Of a stretch of DNA of 64,000 nt, positions 61,201 through 64,000 are shown one piece after another (position 1 is the first letter of the stretch; every line of letters starts with the position of its first letter). Below the pieces are notes generated by a model. The model saw nothing but the letters and a program-made list of their open reading frames with translations. It was not told the origin of the DNA and made no database searches. This stretch comes from Isurus oxyrinchus. Its lineage: Eukaryota. The stretch is from contig JANJGN010000004.1 in assembly GCA_026770705.1 (NCBI GenBank), positions 108,190,001-108,254,000 of the forward strand. The letters run 5' to 3'. Position numbers and translations under genes: made by a program.

Positions 61201-64000
61201 TGTAGTGTAGCAGACACAATGGTTCTATCCACCATGAAGGTATAACTAAGCTTGTAACCACTGTACCTCAACAGTGTTCATTCATCCAATTCCTGTTTAA
61301 CAAAACATTTTGGCAGCTCACAGCATACCTTATAGGCTCAAAAAGTACTTATTCTACCATTTTCAGAAAGTGAGAAATTTATGCAAAGATTTAACAAATA
61401 AACCAAAAAGTGATGACAAGCGTTTTATGTTTAATTCCTGAGATCCTGAACTCAAAAAACATTTCTAGAGTATAACCCAAGAACAAAAAAGAGAAACACT
61501 TGGGGAAAATAGTGTGCCTCAGGTAGGGGTGGGAATGGGAAGAAGAGAAACCCATTGTAAGTGAGTTGCTATCATTTTTGGAAAATCAGTGAAATGGGCC
61601 ATTGGCCTGTACCCTTCAGACTATACAGAGGCAAGTGGATGGGGCAAGCAATTCAGACGATGATTACCGATGGGAAGAGGGCATTCTGGCCTATCTTAGC
61701 TTATAACCAAGAAATGCTCTATGTAGTCGCTGTGTGGCTGATTACACTTGGCTCTTAAAGGATTCTGGGGATTTTTTTTAGCTCCAGTACTCCTTTTAGG
61801 AGTCCATTCCATATACGGGGAGCTACTGCTTGTGGAACTATTAATAAAATCTGTGGGTCAGAGAGATGAAGGAAGGGAACCAGGAGGAAAAATAGCCAGT
61901 CAAGCAATCGCAATGCATTAAAAATGTTCCAAATCGTGGGAACTGGTTCTGAACTTCATTTAGAGCCGACATGAGCTGCCTAGAGAATTGGAGAAACTAG
62001 ACGGTTTGTGTCCCCTTGAACCAAAAACAATATAAGTATTGCAGGCATTGGGTGTAGTTAGTTTCTCTAGCAATTTGCCTGTGCAGCTGCCCCATCCACG
62101 CGCACCCCACTCCTCTGCTGCACCACTGCCTCCTCTCTTGTGACCGCAGGAAGCAAGGTCCTGCACTGTTGTAACCAATCCCACCCTGCCTGAGGTTATG
62201 CAATATTAGTGACATCTCAGGGTTGCCCTGAAGATGCGGTGTCTCAACACAGACAGCGACACGTACGTTCATCTGGGAGACTGCTTCTGCATTTGCTCCA
62301 GAGGCACCAAATTAAGAGAAACATTTCCTTTCAGCCGAGCCACACAGGGAGAAGCCATTCGTGACTGTGACCAATCAACATGTAAATTCCACGTAGAATT
62401 TCTCAGACTAACTGTAATCTGTCCATTCATCAGTTTTTCAAGTAATTGGAGATCAAAGAGACCGGATTTGTCTAGTTACGCTGGACAGCAGATGAGTCTG
62501 CTGTAAGCAGCTTACATTGCTGTGCATTTTAAACAGAATGGTTCATTGCTTGGTTGCTTTTGTTCCCAATCTTGCATATAAGACATCGTTCTCGAGCAAT
62601 TTTGCACGTTCTGTTTATAATAGTTATTATATAATTCAAATGTAGAATTGAAACACGCATAGAAATATAATTACAGTAAATTGCAACAGTATCTTTATTC
62701 AGAAGCTATTTCACAAGCAATCATCAATTACACATGCTCCACTTGTGTTTGCATTTACATCGTATGTGTAATGTTTAGCCTGCAGGCTGGCGTATATGTC
62801 ATATATGGCCCCTGGTGCAGAGGCAAGTTTAAGGATGAGATAATGTCACATTTCATCATCATATACACGCAATAGCAGTTCTGAGCATTTTCTTCTGTTC
62901 AGCTTAATTCCAAAAGCACTTCCGCTTTTATCATCTAATGCCACGCGATATTTAAAAAACACATATTAAATTTTACCACAAATGTTTCTGCCTTACTTTG
63001 TAAAAATAAATTAATTTTTAATCCAGTAGCTGAGTATCAGTGGTAACAATGTTAAAACTGGCTCAAAGGAATTTGAAGAGATTGATTTGGAATATAAAGA
63101 TAAAATAAGATAAACGTGTCACAGCAGCACCAGAGAGATAAACGGAATCATGTGTCACAGAGTTAGAGCGTTAACTCACTGTGCAAAGCAGTTTTTTAAG
63201 CTTAGCTTACGAGAGCACACATGAGAGAAGATGTAGGAAATTCAGAATGGAGGAATTAAATGTTTTCATTTAAGCAAGTGGCCAAAAGACTGAAGAAAGC
63301 CATGGTCATGCAATTTTTCAATACATCAAAGTAACTGTGCTCAAAAATGGCACAGGATAAATTGAATGTGTTATTTGGGATAAATCGCAATATGGAGAAA
63401 TAAACTATTTAGGTTGTGGGCCTCACACTCACTTGTGAGTGAGGTGCTGGTGGATTATGAGGATTCACTTGAGTCATGGATTTATATTTCCTTAAACCAC
63501 TGATTCGCCACCAAGTATCTTATTTACAATGTATTTCTAAATCAAACTCTACAATCTGTCAGAATGCCAAGATTACTCCCTTCAATGTTCATGTTGTACT
63601 GATTAAAACAATAAATCACACAAGGAATGCTCATTATGTTCACATAACATAAGCACGTACAACAGATAATACAGGGTCCAGCGCACACACAAAAGCAACA
63701 AAAACACACAGACAAGGATATCACTTCATCACACAAAAGAAATAAGTACATCAACAATATTATTTTCCTGCAACTATGGCTGATCTTTATTAATTTGCAC
63801 ATTTTTCAATTAAACTATTGGTGTTCCTCCAAATTTTTTACATATAATTTTACAGCATTGGAGTGGGCCAATCACTGCCACAAGCCTCCTTCCATCTGAC
63901 TTCATCCAACTTCGGTAACATATCCTTCTTCCCTCACCTTTTCCCCTTAAATGCATCTATGTTATCCACCTCAACATCCATAGGGTCGTGAGTTCCACAT

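Overview
Vertebrate genomic DNA, not a microbial window. The repeat content (CR1, L2 and RTE LINEs, Deu-type and other tRNA SINEs, Penelope-like elements) suggests a cartilaginous fish, but this is inference. The only clear protein-coding gene is the 3' part of KIAA1958 on the minus strand. It has two alternative C-terminal modules, each a DUF3504 (Crypton tyrosine-recombinase-derived) domain: one terminal exon at 57961-56922, and a two-exon module at 37093-36927 plus 33053-32241. Both modules start at a phase-1 acceptor, and the shared 5' exons lie beyond position 64000. The rest is intronic, UTR or intergenic sequence full of mostly decayed transposons (CR1, L2, RTE, SINEs, hAT MITEs, Harbinger fragments, and a full-length pogo/Tc2-like element with TIRs and TA TSD). 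The most interesting non-genic signals are: (i) two families of Penelope-like (PLE) terminal repeats carrying minimal hammerhead-ribozyme motifs, often as fold-back palindromic inserts with 12-13 bp target-site duplications, including a young subfamily with a non-canonical CUGUCGA core; (ii) a PLE ORF broken only by an inverted copy of its own terminus; (iii) two locally templated insertions, one a LINE fused to 169 bp of nearby host sequence. Most ORFs in the supplied track are spurious or TE-derived. TE boundaries without a TSD or TIR are approximate.
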